DNA of 63,486 nt, counting the filler, from Phoronis australis (lineage: Eukaryota > Animalia > Phoronida), in the NCBI GenBank assembly GCA_002633005.1. It is 7 parts of 7 records of this genome, joined end to end, with 100 filler letters (N's around TTAATTAATTAA, not from the genome) between each part and the next. Parts side by side here need not be neighbours in the genome. Positions count along the whole stretch, not along the records: positions 40,125 to 55,876 come from NMRA01000040.1; positions 55,977 to 59,992 come from NMRA01001228.1; positions 60,093 to 63,486 come from NMRA01003046.1; 4 more parts are not named here. The stretch is one strand, 5' to 3'. Below the pieces are notes generated by a model. That model was not told the origin of the DNA, ran no database searches, and saw nothing but the letters and a program-made list of their open reading frames with translations. The position numbers were made by a program, and so were the translations under genes. This document shows, piece after piece, positions 51,134-63,486 of this stretch. Each line of letters opens with the position of its first letter. Positions within the stretch are counted from its first letter, which is position 1.

Positions 51134-51430
51134 CCGTTCTGTTCTTAACGACCACTGTGGCGCTTCTCCTTGAGCTATTTAAGGCGTCACTCCTGAATTC
51201 ATTATAAATTACTATTTTGAACTTGGTTCCTGAGACCCCTTCAAAATGAGCATCGGCCCCTTGGCTTTTCTGAAGAGTCATAGATTCTGGTGCGGTTATT
51301 CCAAGAATCTCTTCCTGCACAAACGTCAAGTGAGTGTGTGTGTAACCGCCCTGGGACGGCGGCTTCCATTCAACACCTACGTAGGTACTATTCACGTAAT
51401 TGATGGCGACACTTTTCGGTGGCAAAGGTA
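51134..51430 (-). CDS. Multi-FN3 protein exon (copy A)
   Basis: 297 nt, phase 1-1; PLPPKSV..VGVEWKPP..SGTKFKIVI..NRT; GTAAGA donor. Confidence 0.85.
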
Positions 51431-51956
51431 CTGCAATGATACCAGTATTTTTTCGCAAATTATACCTGCTACACTAAACCCCAACACAACACATTAATTT
51501 CTGACGGAGAAATGATTCATAACTGAGAGTATGCACCAGTTGAGAGTATGCACCAGTTCATAAAGTCGCAAAAAAGTTTGGTCTGACGTCAAAAACAATT
51601 TTCTCTTCAGGCGCACGAGAACTTCCAAAGCAACTTCATCGCATTTGTCTCCTTTGTTTGAATAAATATTCTTTGCAACGCCTGGAATTTTCTTGGTGGC
51701 CTTACTGCTTTAGCGTCGAGACTACGCCAATGAGACCGAGTAAATTTATGAGTCTTCCTATAAGCAATGGCGTATTGCTAGTTAGTTTGTTTAAAAAGAA
51801 GGATGAGCAGGACACCGGANTGCCAGCAATCATTGATCTGGAGCAACCTCGCCATTCAATCCCAATCGACCGTCATTTTCGAGGTACTAAACTTGCGCCT
51901 GATAAGCGTGTTGCAGGATAAACACAGATTTCAGGTGAATTAGTTAAACATCTTAC

Positions 51957-52253
51957 CCGTTCTGTTCTTAACGACCACTGTGGCGCTTCTCCTTGAGCTA
52001 TTTAAGGCGTCACTCCTGAATTCATTATAAATTACTATTTTGAACTTGGTTCCTGAGACCCCTTCAAAATGAGCATCGGCCCCTTGGCTTTTCTGAAGAG
52101 TCATAGATTCTGGTGCGGTTATTCCAAGAATCTCTTCCTGCACAAACGTCAAGTGAGTGTGTGTGTAACCGCCCTGGGACGGCGGCTTCCATTCAACACC
52201 TACGTAGGTACTATTCACGTAATTGATGGCGACATTTTTCGGTGGCAAAGGTA
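51957..52253 (-). CDS. Multi-FN3 protein exon (copy B, probable allelic duplicate of 51134-51430)
   Basis: Same peptide except S>N. It lies in an ~820-bp duplication joined at the n at 51820. Confidence 0.6.
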
Positions 52254-52599
52254 CTGCAATGATACCAGTATTTTTTCGCAAATTATACGTGCTACACTAA
52301 ACCCCAGCACAACACATTAATTTCTGACGGAGAAATGATTCATAACTGAGAGTATGCACCAGTTCATAAAGTTGCAAAAAAGTTTGGTCTGACGTCAAAA
52401 ACAATTTTCTCTTCAGGCGCACGAGAGCTTCCAAAGCAACTTCATCGCATTTTTCTCCTTCGTTTGAATAAAAATTCTTTGCAACGCCTGGAATTTTCTT
52501 AGTGGTCTTACTGCTTTGGCGTCAAAACTACGCCAATGAGACCGTGTTAATTTATGAGTCTTCCTATAAGCAATGGTGAATTGCTTGTTAGTTATTTAA

Positions 52600-53075
52600 A
52601 AAGAAGGATGAGCAGGACACCAGAGGTCTAGCAGTGATACCGTATATTAAGGATGTCTTGAGGCTCTGAGTAGAGTGTACAGGAAGTATGGGATCAAAGC
52701 GGCTATGAAGCCACACACGACCTTGCGAAGTGTGTTGGTACACCCTAAGGATAAACGGGGCATTGAAGACTCCAGTGGTACTATACACAGAATACCTTGC
52801 GTCTCCTGTGTTCAAACATATATTGGCAAAACCTCTAGAAATTTTAAATACAGTATCAAGAAACGTCAGAGAGAGGTTGTGGCGGTGAGTGTTAGCAAGT
52901 CTTTCACCAGAGCCACAAAAAGCGTCTTTTAAGTGAGTTTTATAAATCTGCAGTCACAGGCCATGCAGCTAAAGCAAACCACATCATTGATTGGTCGGAT
53001 GTAGCTGTCATCGACAATGAGGCCAATGATCTTAAAAGAAAGACATGAGAGTCGATCCACATCAGAAAAGAGAGG
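52600..53075 (+). mobile_element. Penelope-like element, GIY-YIG endonuclease remnant
   Basis: VIPYIK, TLRSVLVHPKD, HRIPCVSC.QTYIGKTSR, KSAVTGH...HIIDW and ESIHI. Confidence 0.88.
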
Positions 53076-53124
53076 TCGCTCACACAACGTCTTGTGGATT
53101 GAAAAATGAATATTCCTGTGTTAC

Positions 53125-54240
53125 TTGCTTTTAAATATTTGTCGTTTTAAAGTTGGTGAACTACTTGACTCGGATCACTTTCCATTACAATTTGAAGCCG
53201 ATTTAAGCTCATTGTCCAACTCCAATGATAATGAAAACGATATTAATAAGATGAGGAAGATAATGAGTAAAGTGCCTTGGAATGAAAATATTAAAACGTC
53301 ATACCAAAATAATTTGAACTCAGCAGAAGGACTTGAAGCAATTGGCTAAATTAGAGGTACGTCATGCATACAAATTTTGCACGATTGTGTTGCACTTAAG
53401 TGCAACTTGCACGCTAATCTCTGATTGCTTGGTCAAATTAGTTAGAAACATAGCTTATAGTGATGACGTGAATGTGAAGTAGGTTGAAAATTGGCAAGTG
53501 TCTTTAAGAACGAGTTTTGTGCCGCCGTAAATCACTCAACCGTGCCCAGTAAGTATCGTGACGTAGTATTGGAGAATAACACTGAAGTGAGAGGCCCCAA
53601 GGTACGTCATTAGTGCAAAGGTCACCTAATTACAGATTATTTTTTTGTTTTCACATTGACAAGTTTTCAATAAATATAACTGCACTTTGTTTAGCGTAGA
53701 TGATGTTCGAATAGCATTCCTGATATACGTTAGCATAGTTAGGAGCATGCAAATACATCTTTAAGGAAGAGCGGCACCCAACGCTTAACCAGGGGTGAAT
53801 TCGGAAGAGCGACTACGAGGGTACATAGATTAAAAAAATGATGAAATATTGGTTTGAGCTTTTGAAATGTTCGGAAAATAGATATGTTAAATTGACGCTT
53901 TTCTCATCAATGTTTGACGGGTTAATTAGGTAATGACTGTCGTGCGTTTAAAGTAGGCCTAATAAATATTCTATTTACGTATGGTTTTGGAATTGTTTGA
54001 TGCTCCCAAGGAGTTGGAGATGAGACTGTATTTTCAAAGGTTTTTTAACACATGAGTATCATTGTTAAACAAGTTAGATTTATACAGATTATTCAAGCTG
54101 ACACTCATGTTAGAGTATTATGTTTCAAACATAAAATGTGTAATTCACAGAAAAATGCTGACTCTATTTCAATGTGCAAAACTGTTGTTGATGGTTGAAA
54201 TGGGACGATACCTTAAAATTTTAAGAGAAAAGACACCCTT
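53125..54240 (+). mobile_element. Two LINE ORF2 scraps (APE C-terminus ~53125-53350; C-terminal region ~54050-54240)
   Basis: SDHFPL motif; KL..YRLFK....EYY and LMVEMGRY motifs. Confidence 0.55.
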
Positions 54241-54334
54241 TGTCTGTGGACTTTCGACGAATTTTTTTCATTCTAATTGTGTAATAGATATACCACTTGT
54301 TTTGGGTGGCTTGATGAGTTCACAAGGTATTATA

Positions 54335-55249
54335 GGAGCATGCCACCCAAAAACAACCGAATTTGTATCAATTTTGATGGAGTAGTTCTACTCGATAACG
54401 ACACGTTAGGTTGCGTTACCTGACACCTGACGGCAGACGGGGGTGTTGAAATTATCCAATGACGTTATTGGTTTCATACGTACGCAGTCTGTTCAACAGT
54501 TCACAACACGAGTTACTGGTGTCAGCCTATCGCTTAAATTCACCGTTTAACACCAATAAATCATCAAACTTCGATGTAAAACCCTTAAAAATACACTGAG
54601 CTCTTATAAAACGTGTTGTTTTATTTCCCTGTTACAGATTTATTGGTATTTGGACACACCGTAGCCTACAAAGTTCGGCATGCCAATTTTCCAAGGTCCG
54701 TAGCAGGAGTTTGAGGTCTGCTCGGAGATAAATTTGAAGTATTCTTCCGTGAAATACAGACAGGAGAATCTAGATCTGTGTTGTTTAGACTTGTGATTTT
54801 TGAGTTCTATACACACAAAGCGCTTGTTATCCTGGCCAGTGGCTCGGAACCTGATCAGGCCCGTCGCGACTGGACTGACTCGTTACCCCGGCCCGGCAAG
54901 TGGCTCGGAACCCGATCAGGCCCGTCGCAGCCGGACTGAAGACATCATGAACATAAACCAGCCAAAATTGGAAACTAAACTTCCAGTCAAGAAAATACTA
55001 TACTAGTGAGCCAAAGAAGTGATGTGCGTGCGATTATGTTGGTGAATTAGGCACGAAACTGCAAATGTACTTACTCGTCGGGGGCAGCAAATTCAGGTTC
55101 CCTTTTGGCCACAGAACCGTCAGGGCAGAAGTTGTATTTTGACAATAATTATTTCAATAATGTATATGTAAAAAAAGATTCCCTTAACACCTGGCCGTGG
55201 GATAGAAAATCGAGTTATTGTTTCACAGCAGTTTCTGTCAACAAACACT
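54335..55249. repeat. Dispersed repeat family B, copy 2
   Basis: Reverse complement of 11980-12860. Homology stops where the LTR begins. Confidence 0.9.
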
Positions 55250-55250
55250 G

Positions 55251-55876
55251 TGTTGTTTACGCGTACCTAAGTCTAGTATTACGGACCACATGTAATGTAG
55301 TTATTATCATTGCACACAAATAGAGAGTCAACCACGACGTTCTTTGTCTTAACTTAAAACACAAAGTGTTTCATGGTGTCAGGTAAACGAACCCCGACAT
55401 GAGTGACTTAACAGGTGTACCCATTCCCACAATCGATTGGAAGGCGCAAAACCTGCCAGATCGTTTTAGAAAGTTCAAAAAAACGTGTGAACTTATTTTC
55501 AACGGACCCCTCGCGGAAAAAAACTGACAGTGTGAAGGTTAACTACCTACTTTTATGGGTCGGCGAGGAAGGCCGTGATATCTGCAATGGCTGGGAACTA
55601 ACTGGCGACGACTTGGAAAGCCTGACAGTGCATTATGACAACTTTGAAAAATACTGTAAGCCCAAAACCAACTTCCGAGTGGCCCGATTCAAGCTACGTG
55701 CTCTCAAACAAACGGAGGGTGAGACTATTGACGCGTTTTTAACGCGTGCAAAAATCGTTGCATCCGAGTGCAACTATGCAGATACAAACGAACAGCTTCT
55801 AGATACCATTATAGCAGGTGTAAGGCACGAAAACGTTCAAAAAAAACTTATTGCCAAAGAAGACCTCACGTTAGAT
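55251..55876 (+). mobile_element. Ty3/Gypsy 5' end: short LTR (~55251-55373), tRNA-Leu PBS (55374-55383), gag from ATG 55399 with one frameshift
   Basis: TG...CA|TGGTGTCAGG. MSDLTGVPIPTIDW..FRKFKKTCELIFNGPL shifts frame in an A7 run to YLLLWVGEEG..ARFKL..KQ.EGETID.F..C.Y. It runs into a spacer. Confidence 0.85.
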
Positions 55877-58800
55877 NNNNNNNNNNNNNNNNNNNNNNNN
55901 NNNNNNNNNNNNNNNNNNNNTTAATTAATTAANNNNNNNNNNNNNNNNNNNNNNNNNNNNNNNNNNNNNNNNNNNNATGTCTGAGGAATGCAACGATACC
56001 AAAATCATTCATTTAGACCTAAATTTAGTGGATTTATTTGGAATAAGTTAGGATCCATTATATCCGACTAGTGCCCCACATAGGCCTAATAGCGCCCCAC
56101 AACTTCAGCTGCAGAATAACAGTAGAACGCCAAGTTTTCTAACACCGGTAAATAATTTACTCAAAGAAGAGAGTAGTTTTGTTGACATAAATTTTGTGAC
56201 AGACTTTGGACAGTTTTTACCCATCGGCATCGACATCGCGGCGCAATGCATGAATAGTCAGTAGCAAATCGACCGGGTAGGTAAATCTTGTCTATGAACT
56301 GAGTTTACAGAAATAAAATGAGTTTTAAATTCTATAAGTCGCAGCTGTGTTGTTCGGATAACCCGATATCTTACATGTTTCTCGTCGATTTCCATTACTA
56401 ACAAACGGATGAATCTTCTGCCTATTCCGTTTCGAGAGCTATTTCACGTGTGCTTCTGCAAAACAGCGACACCTAGTGATTGAATGCAAATCAAATTTTT
56501 TAAAAATTTTCTTGTAATATAAGAAAATGGTTATTTATTAAAGCTTATGATATCAATTTATCTATTTCAGTAATAAAATACTTATTTAGTGGTTGGTATT
56601 ATAATCTTTGAACTTATAAAATAATGCTAACTTGTACGTCTTGCTCTCCAAAAAATGGCGCGGGTTGAAATAAACAAAATCGATGATAAAATGAAGGTAA
56701 ACGATGTTTTTGTTCTTTTTCTTCGCTTTCTGTTCCAAAGAATGTCTATAATGTAAATAGTGTATCAAGGAGGTGCTAAGAAGTGTAATGCTATTGTTAT
56801 TAAAGTGAATTGTGACGTTGAATTTTTACTTGTCGAGTCAAATCACATTCCGTGTTGTCTCAGTTGCCTGTTCTGTCTGTTGACGTATGTTGTGGAATTC
56901 CGATTGCGGGTTCGATAACCCCCCCTCTCGGCATGGGGATTTTTCCACGCTGGCGCCCAGCAACGGTTGATCCTACGGTTACTCACAAACCCAAAAGGTT
57001 CAAAGAGTTGCTTACCTGTCACCCCTACCCCCCCAGGCAATGACTGCTCGAAGAAAAAGTTTCATAACGGGAGTATTTGTTCGAGTTGGAAGGAATTAAA
57101 CACATCAACAACCTCCTAAGGTGTTCCTCTATGCGCAAAAGGTATTTATAACAACGTGACTGTGATGGTTTAGTCGGTGCGAGGCACAATTCGCCGAAAA
57201 GCTTCCGGCGTACAGAGCGCCTATAGCCTCTGCATCGCCTCTGGTTCAGGCCAACAGAGACGATNNNNNNNNNNNNNNNNNNNNNNNNNNNNNNNNNNNN
57301 NNNNNNNNNNNNNNNNNNNNNNNNNNNNNNNNNNNNNNNNNNNNNNNNNNNNNNNNNNNNNNNNNNNNNNNNNNNNNNNNNNNNNNNNNNNNNNNNNNNN
57401 NNNNNNNNNNNNNNNNNNNNNNNNNNNNNNNNNNNNNNNNNNNNNNNNNNNNNNNNNNNNNNNNNNNNNNNNNNNNNNNNNNNNNNNNNNNNNNNNNNNN
57501 NNNNNNNNNNNNNNNNNNNNNNNNNNNNNNNNNNNNNNNNNNNNNNNNNNNNNNNNNNNNNNNNNNNNNNNNNNNNNNNNNNNNNNNNNNNNNNNNNNNN
57601 NNNNNNNNNNNNNNNNNNNNNNNNNNNNNNNNNNNNNNNNNNNNNNNNNNNNNNNNNNNNNNNNNNNNNNNNNNNNNNNNNNNNNNNNNNNNNNNNNNNN
57701 NNNNNNNNNNNNNNNNNNNNNNNNNNNNNNNNNNNNNNNNNNNNNNNNNNNNNNNNNNNNNNNNNNNNNNNNNNNNNNNNNNNNNNNNNNNNNNNNNNNN
57801 NNNNNNNNNNNNNNNNNNNNNNNNNNNNNNNNNNNNNNNNNNNNNNNNNNNNNNNNNNNNNNNNNNNNNNNNNNNNNNNNNNNNNNNNNNNNNCCCCCCC
57901 CCAAACTCCCCTCCCCCAACCAAGGCAATGCGTCATGAAATATATGCATGTAGGGTTTCAAGCAACTGCAATCAAAGCATATCACTCATAAAGTGGTCAC
58001 CAGACTGAAACTGGCTAATGATTTGATAACTTTACCGTAGTTGACATTGTTGTCAATTCCTGTGTGTCTCCTGTTCACATAGAAGCGCCTCAAATCCTCC
58101 ACCAGATCTTTCAACAAATTCCATCACACATCTGATAGAAGTTACAGTTGTTTGTACAAAAAACAGTGCACTAGTAAAATTTTCTGGCAATAAGTAGAAC
58201 TACCACTTTTTAATATTTTTTTGCAAAATCAACTCCAAATACTAGTAATACTCTTGAGTCTCTGTTGGATACCTGGTTTTGGTGACCAGTGTCCAAGGTG
58301 ATTGTGAGACAGTTGCCTACTGTTGCTTGTCTTTGTATTATGCATGTATTCTAGTTGAATAAATGAGCCTTCATAATTAAAGACAACTTACAGTAAAATT
58401 ACACTAATTACTGGCAAAAATATTGGACAAATTGACCCATAATGTGTTTTGGTCGTGATAGACCGACCTGAAAAATCACACCTCATTTTCGGGTCGGTGG
58501 AAATTCCTGAGAAAACCACAAACATTTGTTTGGCAGGGTAACATGGGATTTCACGCCTATATACACTGCCTGATGGCATTAAGTTCCATTGCCAGACCAG
58601 GCATAATTACCATGTTTATTCCCCCTACAGCCTGAATGGGTAATAAAATATTGAAATTGCTGATAGAAGCGTGTCAAGTTTATAATCCCTGTAACCCCTG
58701 AGATTCTATCACAAACATTTCACGTTATGCTTTTTTAATTTTCAAAACATTACCTGGTGGTAGCTTTGATACAAATTTTATTCAAAGGCATTTGGATTTT

Positions 58801-61800
58801 TTATGCTACATATCTTTTTTTCAAAAACAATAACAGTAGAAAATCACTTGTCCATATTGTGTAGATTGATGAGATTTTTCTTCACCAGTTTCAAATCACT
58901 TCAAGATTTCTTTACTAGCAGTGCTGGAAGAATTTTGTAGGAGTAAATGAAGTTATCTTTCAGATTTCAGGATAAGAGTATATACTGTTTCAGTTGTGAA
59001 TTACTCATCTGGTAGTTTTGATACTCTGCAAGACTTTACAACATTGTTTTCCAGCTGTGCAATTATGACAATTGAATTTTAAAAAAATCACAGCACATCG
59101 GATGGTGATTTTATTTCAGCATACCACTATAGACATCATGGAGGAGTTAAGTCATTACTTCAACCAAGCATCTGCTGTCAGAGAGAAGCCACCCTATACA
59201 GACTATGTGTCAGGATTCACATCGCTGATCAAATTTAATGGCATTCCCATATTACCACCTCTTGTAAGTAATCATCATATTATTGGGTATCTTGGTGGTG
59301 AAGGTCAGTTTTAAAATACGTGCAATAAAGTGCTGTAATAGCGCTTGTATTCTTTAATTAATTATGACATACGGTAGTTGTTGCAACAAATATTAAATAT
59401 CTCGTACGTGAGCTTGCACAAGCTAGTTGAAAGTTGATACGCTCATAGGAGAGTTATTTTTGTACAAATGAAAAGGCATACAAGATCAGAGAATAGTTCC
59501 CCTTTGACATAGTGACATTCTGTGCTTTGTCAGCAATTCTGTGGCATTTTATCAATTACATGCAAGGGCTGTTCCAGTAAAATCCGTGTGGGAGGGGGGG
59601 ACGGCAGTAGAAATAAAAATTCATGGGTGGTGGTCTTCAGAAAAAAACACAAATTATGGGTGGTCGTTCGTGTAAGAAGTGATGCATTAAAAATGGGTGG
59701 TATTTTTTGTCCTGTTAATGTTGACAGGTTGGTTACTTCAGCCCTCAAAACGCAAAACAAGCCAATACAAAAAAGCCCATATTGCCAGTGAACAGAGTGC
59801 AATATGGATACGAGACGCTGGCTAGATGGCAACAGCGTTACTGACATCGTAGAGGTGGAGCTGGCTTGATGGCAACAGCTTAGAGCTGGTTCACATGAAG
59901 CCGGCTTGCTGGCAACAGCTGTCATGCTACTGATTGCTTGTCTTTATACTGCCCCGTCGGGACAGTTTTTTTTTTTTTTTTTTTTTTTTTCCNNNNNNNN
60001 NNNNNNNNNNNNNNNNNNNNNNNNNNNNNNNNNNNNTTAATTAATTAANNNNNNNNNNNNNNNNNNNNNNNNNNNNNNNNNNNNNNNNNNNNATAATCAC
60101 AAACCTTACCTTTGTATAAGGTCGTGCTTACTTTCTCTCATAGAAGCACCCTTTTCACGCAATCTCAGTTTGCACACCTACAAGCCATCTCACCATGTAT
60201 TCAAAGGGCTTGCGAAATCGAGGCTGTTAATCTATCACCACTAGTACACGCACGCCCTCTAGTTATTGTAGATTTTCCGAATAGCCCCATTACACTTTGG
60301 TAATTCTTTACACCACCTACATGTACCCGTGGCGTAGCCGTGGCTGGATACCAGGAATAATTTAGCCTCTGATATCTTTTCAGCTCCAGTCTTAGAAATC
60401 TTTGAGTCTATAGGAGCAAAAGTAACACTTAGTGTGCGTGTATACAGTTTTAGTGTTTCGTATTGTTTCTTTAACAATTCATTCGCGCATTGTTCAATAG
60501 TTGCCCTGTTCCATTTCTTAGCAGTATTGTTTTTTATAGTATTTATCAATACTCATGATAGAAAATAAAATATGAAAAGTTTACCTTGTAAAAGAATTCA
60601 ATCCAATACTTTGTGTTACCGAGAGCGTACTTGCCAACTGTTCCGCTCTTGACGGACTGTTCCCACTTTTTGAATTTGTCCTGCTATCCTATAATACTCT
60701 CAAAATGTACCACTTTTTGATACACGGTGACATATTATCGTATACCATGTGATTTTGCACGCGACATAGCCCTGTTTTCCCGTTCGACTAAAAAGAAAAA
60801 CGCGACGTTCTTAGATTTTTGCGGCACCTACAATTTCACATCCGACAAAAAATAAATAAAAACGCCGTAGCGCACTTTTGAGCGTTGGCACTCGTAATCT
60901 CCCGTTCGACAAAAACGCTACCGGAATGTTTTTATGTGTTGCAGCGAACATTTCACTTCTGCGTTTTGGCGTATGTCCTGCTTTTCAATCCAGTTGTCTC
61001 GATTTTTTATTCTCAAATGTTGACAACTATGTAGATGCTATTCTGAGAAACATCATCTTTTTGTTAGTGATATTGTTATTTTCCAGAGTCCGCCTCCTTT
61101 AATAACATAACAATCGCAAAAATGTGTTCCAATGTCTCTTGTTTACGCCGGCACACAAAACATGTATCAGTATCACCAATTTTTATCTCTAAATTTCTAT
61201 ATAAAGTCTTGTACACCAACCAATGCCCAGTTTTTACCTAACGGAAAACCCTTATCTGCAAATTTCTCATAGTTAGAGTAACTAGTTTATCACACTTTGC
61301 GTAAATGTCACCGCATCCTGAATTTTTACCGAAAAATGCAGTTGTATCAAACGCCACCAAAGGTCCAAATACTTTTGGATGAATGCCTGAATAAATTCTT
61401 TACAGCAGCTGAGAGGGATCCATGTTCTAAAATCTTTGTCTATATACGGTTTAAATCATTAGAAATAGTTTCCTGTTGATTTTTAAAATTAGTAATTTAT
61501 GTAATGTTTACTTTTCTGGTTCATTTCTTTTTTATGCTACTACTGTACCCCAAATTAACCGGGATTACAAGTTAATTAGTTGACTTATTATTTAATTAAT
61601 CAGCTAATTAAGTACATGAAGGGTTTCATTATTACTCGTTCGTATTCTTGGAAACACTCTTGATTTTTAGGAAATATTTTCAACCCGTTAGATATGTAAA
61701 ATAATGATTATTTATGAATTAAATTATTTATCTTTTTCATCTGATGCAAACTACACCATCAAGAGCTCATGCAGGGGTTTCTAATAATATTGTTATCATG

Positions 61801-63089
61801 CAATTCGGTTAAATATCGACAGAGTTGCGAAAAATTTTAGTCTCAGTAAACACTGTTGCGCTGGTTCCAATTGGCCAAGAGTTAAAAATATAGGTACATG
61901 ATTTTGGTATTGTATTAAAGCTCAGATGGTATTGATCCTGTCGATAATTTTAAAGGAAATTGTCAACTTTTGAAATTACTGTTATACGTCTGGATGACTT
62001 TACGTTTCGCCGTTAGGCAACAGTAGAACCCGCGGGCGGCTTCCAGGCTCTCCAAACCGCAAGCCCACAATCGTCTGTTAGAAGGAAAAATATTCCAAAA
62101 AATATGAATGAAATTTGTTCAGAAGAAATTTTTCAGTGATAGCAGTTCCAAAGGTACTTCGTTAGCTAAACAAAAATTCCACCCTAAGCCCTGGATTCCA
62201 TAGAAACACACCGGAACAAACTGATGCAAACAACTCCCTCACCCGTGCATGATCGACGTTGGCATTCCAGTCCAAGAGTTCTATGACTGAAGTCATAGCA
62301 TAGTAGGTGGCGCTGGTTCGCAAGAGGAGCCTCGAGTAAAGCACGACTGCCAATAGATGTCAGTATTGGAAAGTTGTGGATCATGTGGGATCCGGTCCAT
62401 GGGAAACTAAATTAATTTCGCTGCCTTGAGCACTTGGTGACTTGTGATCTTTCTAAACAAGAACGACCACATGTGAAGTTATACCTTTAACGATTAGAAG
62501 TTCAAAATCAATTCGTGGCATGTCTTGACAATAAGAATTTGATAAAATATTGTAGATTTTTGTTGAGAGATGATCTGTATAATCTAATGTCATTTCGAGA
62601 GATTAATATTCGGCATTAGCACCTTTCAAATAATGCTGTAACGACTTTAATGAAAAGAATTATCGCCCACAGTGTTGTGTAGGTCGATTCATACCCTGGT
62701 AACACAAGGAATGTTTTGAAGCGTTTTTGGGTATCTAGACAGAGAAAAATTTAATTAAACCCCTGGCTCCCAGTTTCATTCAACCACAGTTCAGTCGGGT
62801 CGATAAAATTGACTAAAGGCTCTTTGACGTCAATAATTTCGAATGGCTTCGTAACCAATGTTGTTAAAGGTCAGCACTGACATAATTCTTTATGACAAAA
62901 CGATGCCATGAAAACAGCATTCTTCTTCTCGCCGCCAAGTACATGTACGTGCTGACATTCATTGTTTATTTACATTTCGATTGCTTCCCTTTCAAAGACA
63001 TACACGTGCACTGTACAATAAGAAACAACTAATGCCACATTGGAACAATGACTGGAATGGATGAATATGAAACTACAACCTTCAAAAAC

Positions 63090-63250
63090 GATCGGCATTT
63101 TTTCTTAAGAATACCCATTATCTGTGGTAACATTAAGTTATTTCTTATAAGAGCTTTTTTAAAAGTAGAAGTGGGCTCAGTAAGTGAGTTCCACAGTGAT
63201 GCAAGTGGCGTTCTCTGGTGAGAGCCCAGAATTCTGCATTTACTAAGCAA
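63090..63250 (-). mobile_element. Possible LINE ORF2 C-terminal scrap
   Basis: LWNSL.....TFKKAL motif only. Confidence 0.35.
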
Positions 63251-63486
63251 GCCAATACTGGCGTGCACTATCTTACTTATTTCGCACAAAACCGCCTATG
63301 GGAAAAGTAGTTCCATTCCCTCAGTTCATTCCTTAGATCGTGCAGCCAATGACTCGCGAAGGTATCACGCGCGTTGTCGTGGTGATCTTCCGTTTCAGCG
63401 AGAGTGGTATCTTGATAATGAGAAAAGAGCATCGCTGGGGAAACACGCGACCTATGCTGACCAAGCGTCCACTTCTCTAATCATTG

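Noticed and set aside
50998-52622. Tandem exon duplication of an FN3 exon
   Set aside because: The near-identical copies join exactly at a single n (51820). The same pattern occurs at 3353, 10894, 41437 and 44799, so it is most likely scaffold overlap or alleles.
57025-57985. Long ORFs in the track
   Set aside because: They are mostly translated N gap.
59530-62384. ORFs at 59530-59925, 60259-60549 and 62162-62384 as 5' exons of the FN3 gene
   Set aside because: They have no recognisable domain or signal peptide, no phase-consistent exon chain could be built, and spacers separate them from the gene.

Overview
Repeat-rich animal (probably marine invertebrate) genomic scaffold, not prokaryotic. 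It is broken by 100-nt N/TTAATTAATTAA spacers, one long N gap and single-n joins that duplicate their flanks. Two host genes can be supported. The first is an intact, phase-consistent 4-exon gene on + (17881-18127, 30634-30890, 31890-32038, 32326-32464; 263 aa). It encodes a signal peptide, a Cys-rich domain and a lipocalin domain, and closely follows the architecture of plant/algal violaxanthin de-epoxidase (VDE) without the Glu-rich tail. The ORF track shows only disconnected pieces of it, and it is the main candidate for an undescribed system. The second is a minus-strand gene with six distinct phase-1 exons, each encoding one fibronectin type III domain (44838-52253); two of these exons appear twice, probably as uncollapsed alleles. 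The rest is TE debris: BEL/Pao, four Ty3/Gypsy remnants (two with tRNA-Leu PBS), an Academ-like XPG/Cys-cluster transposon, THAP/Kolobok-like pieces, LINE and Penelope fragments, SINE-like heads, many MITEs/foldback elements and a 10-bp satellite. All family assignments come from motif recognition by eye, with no database search.
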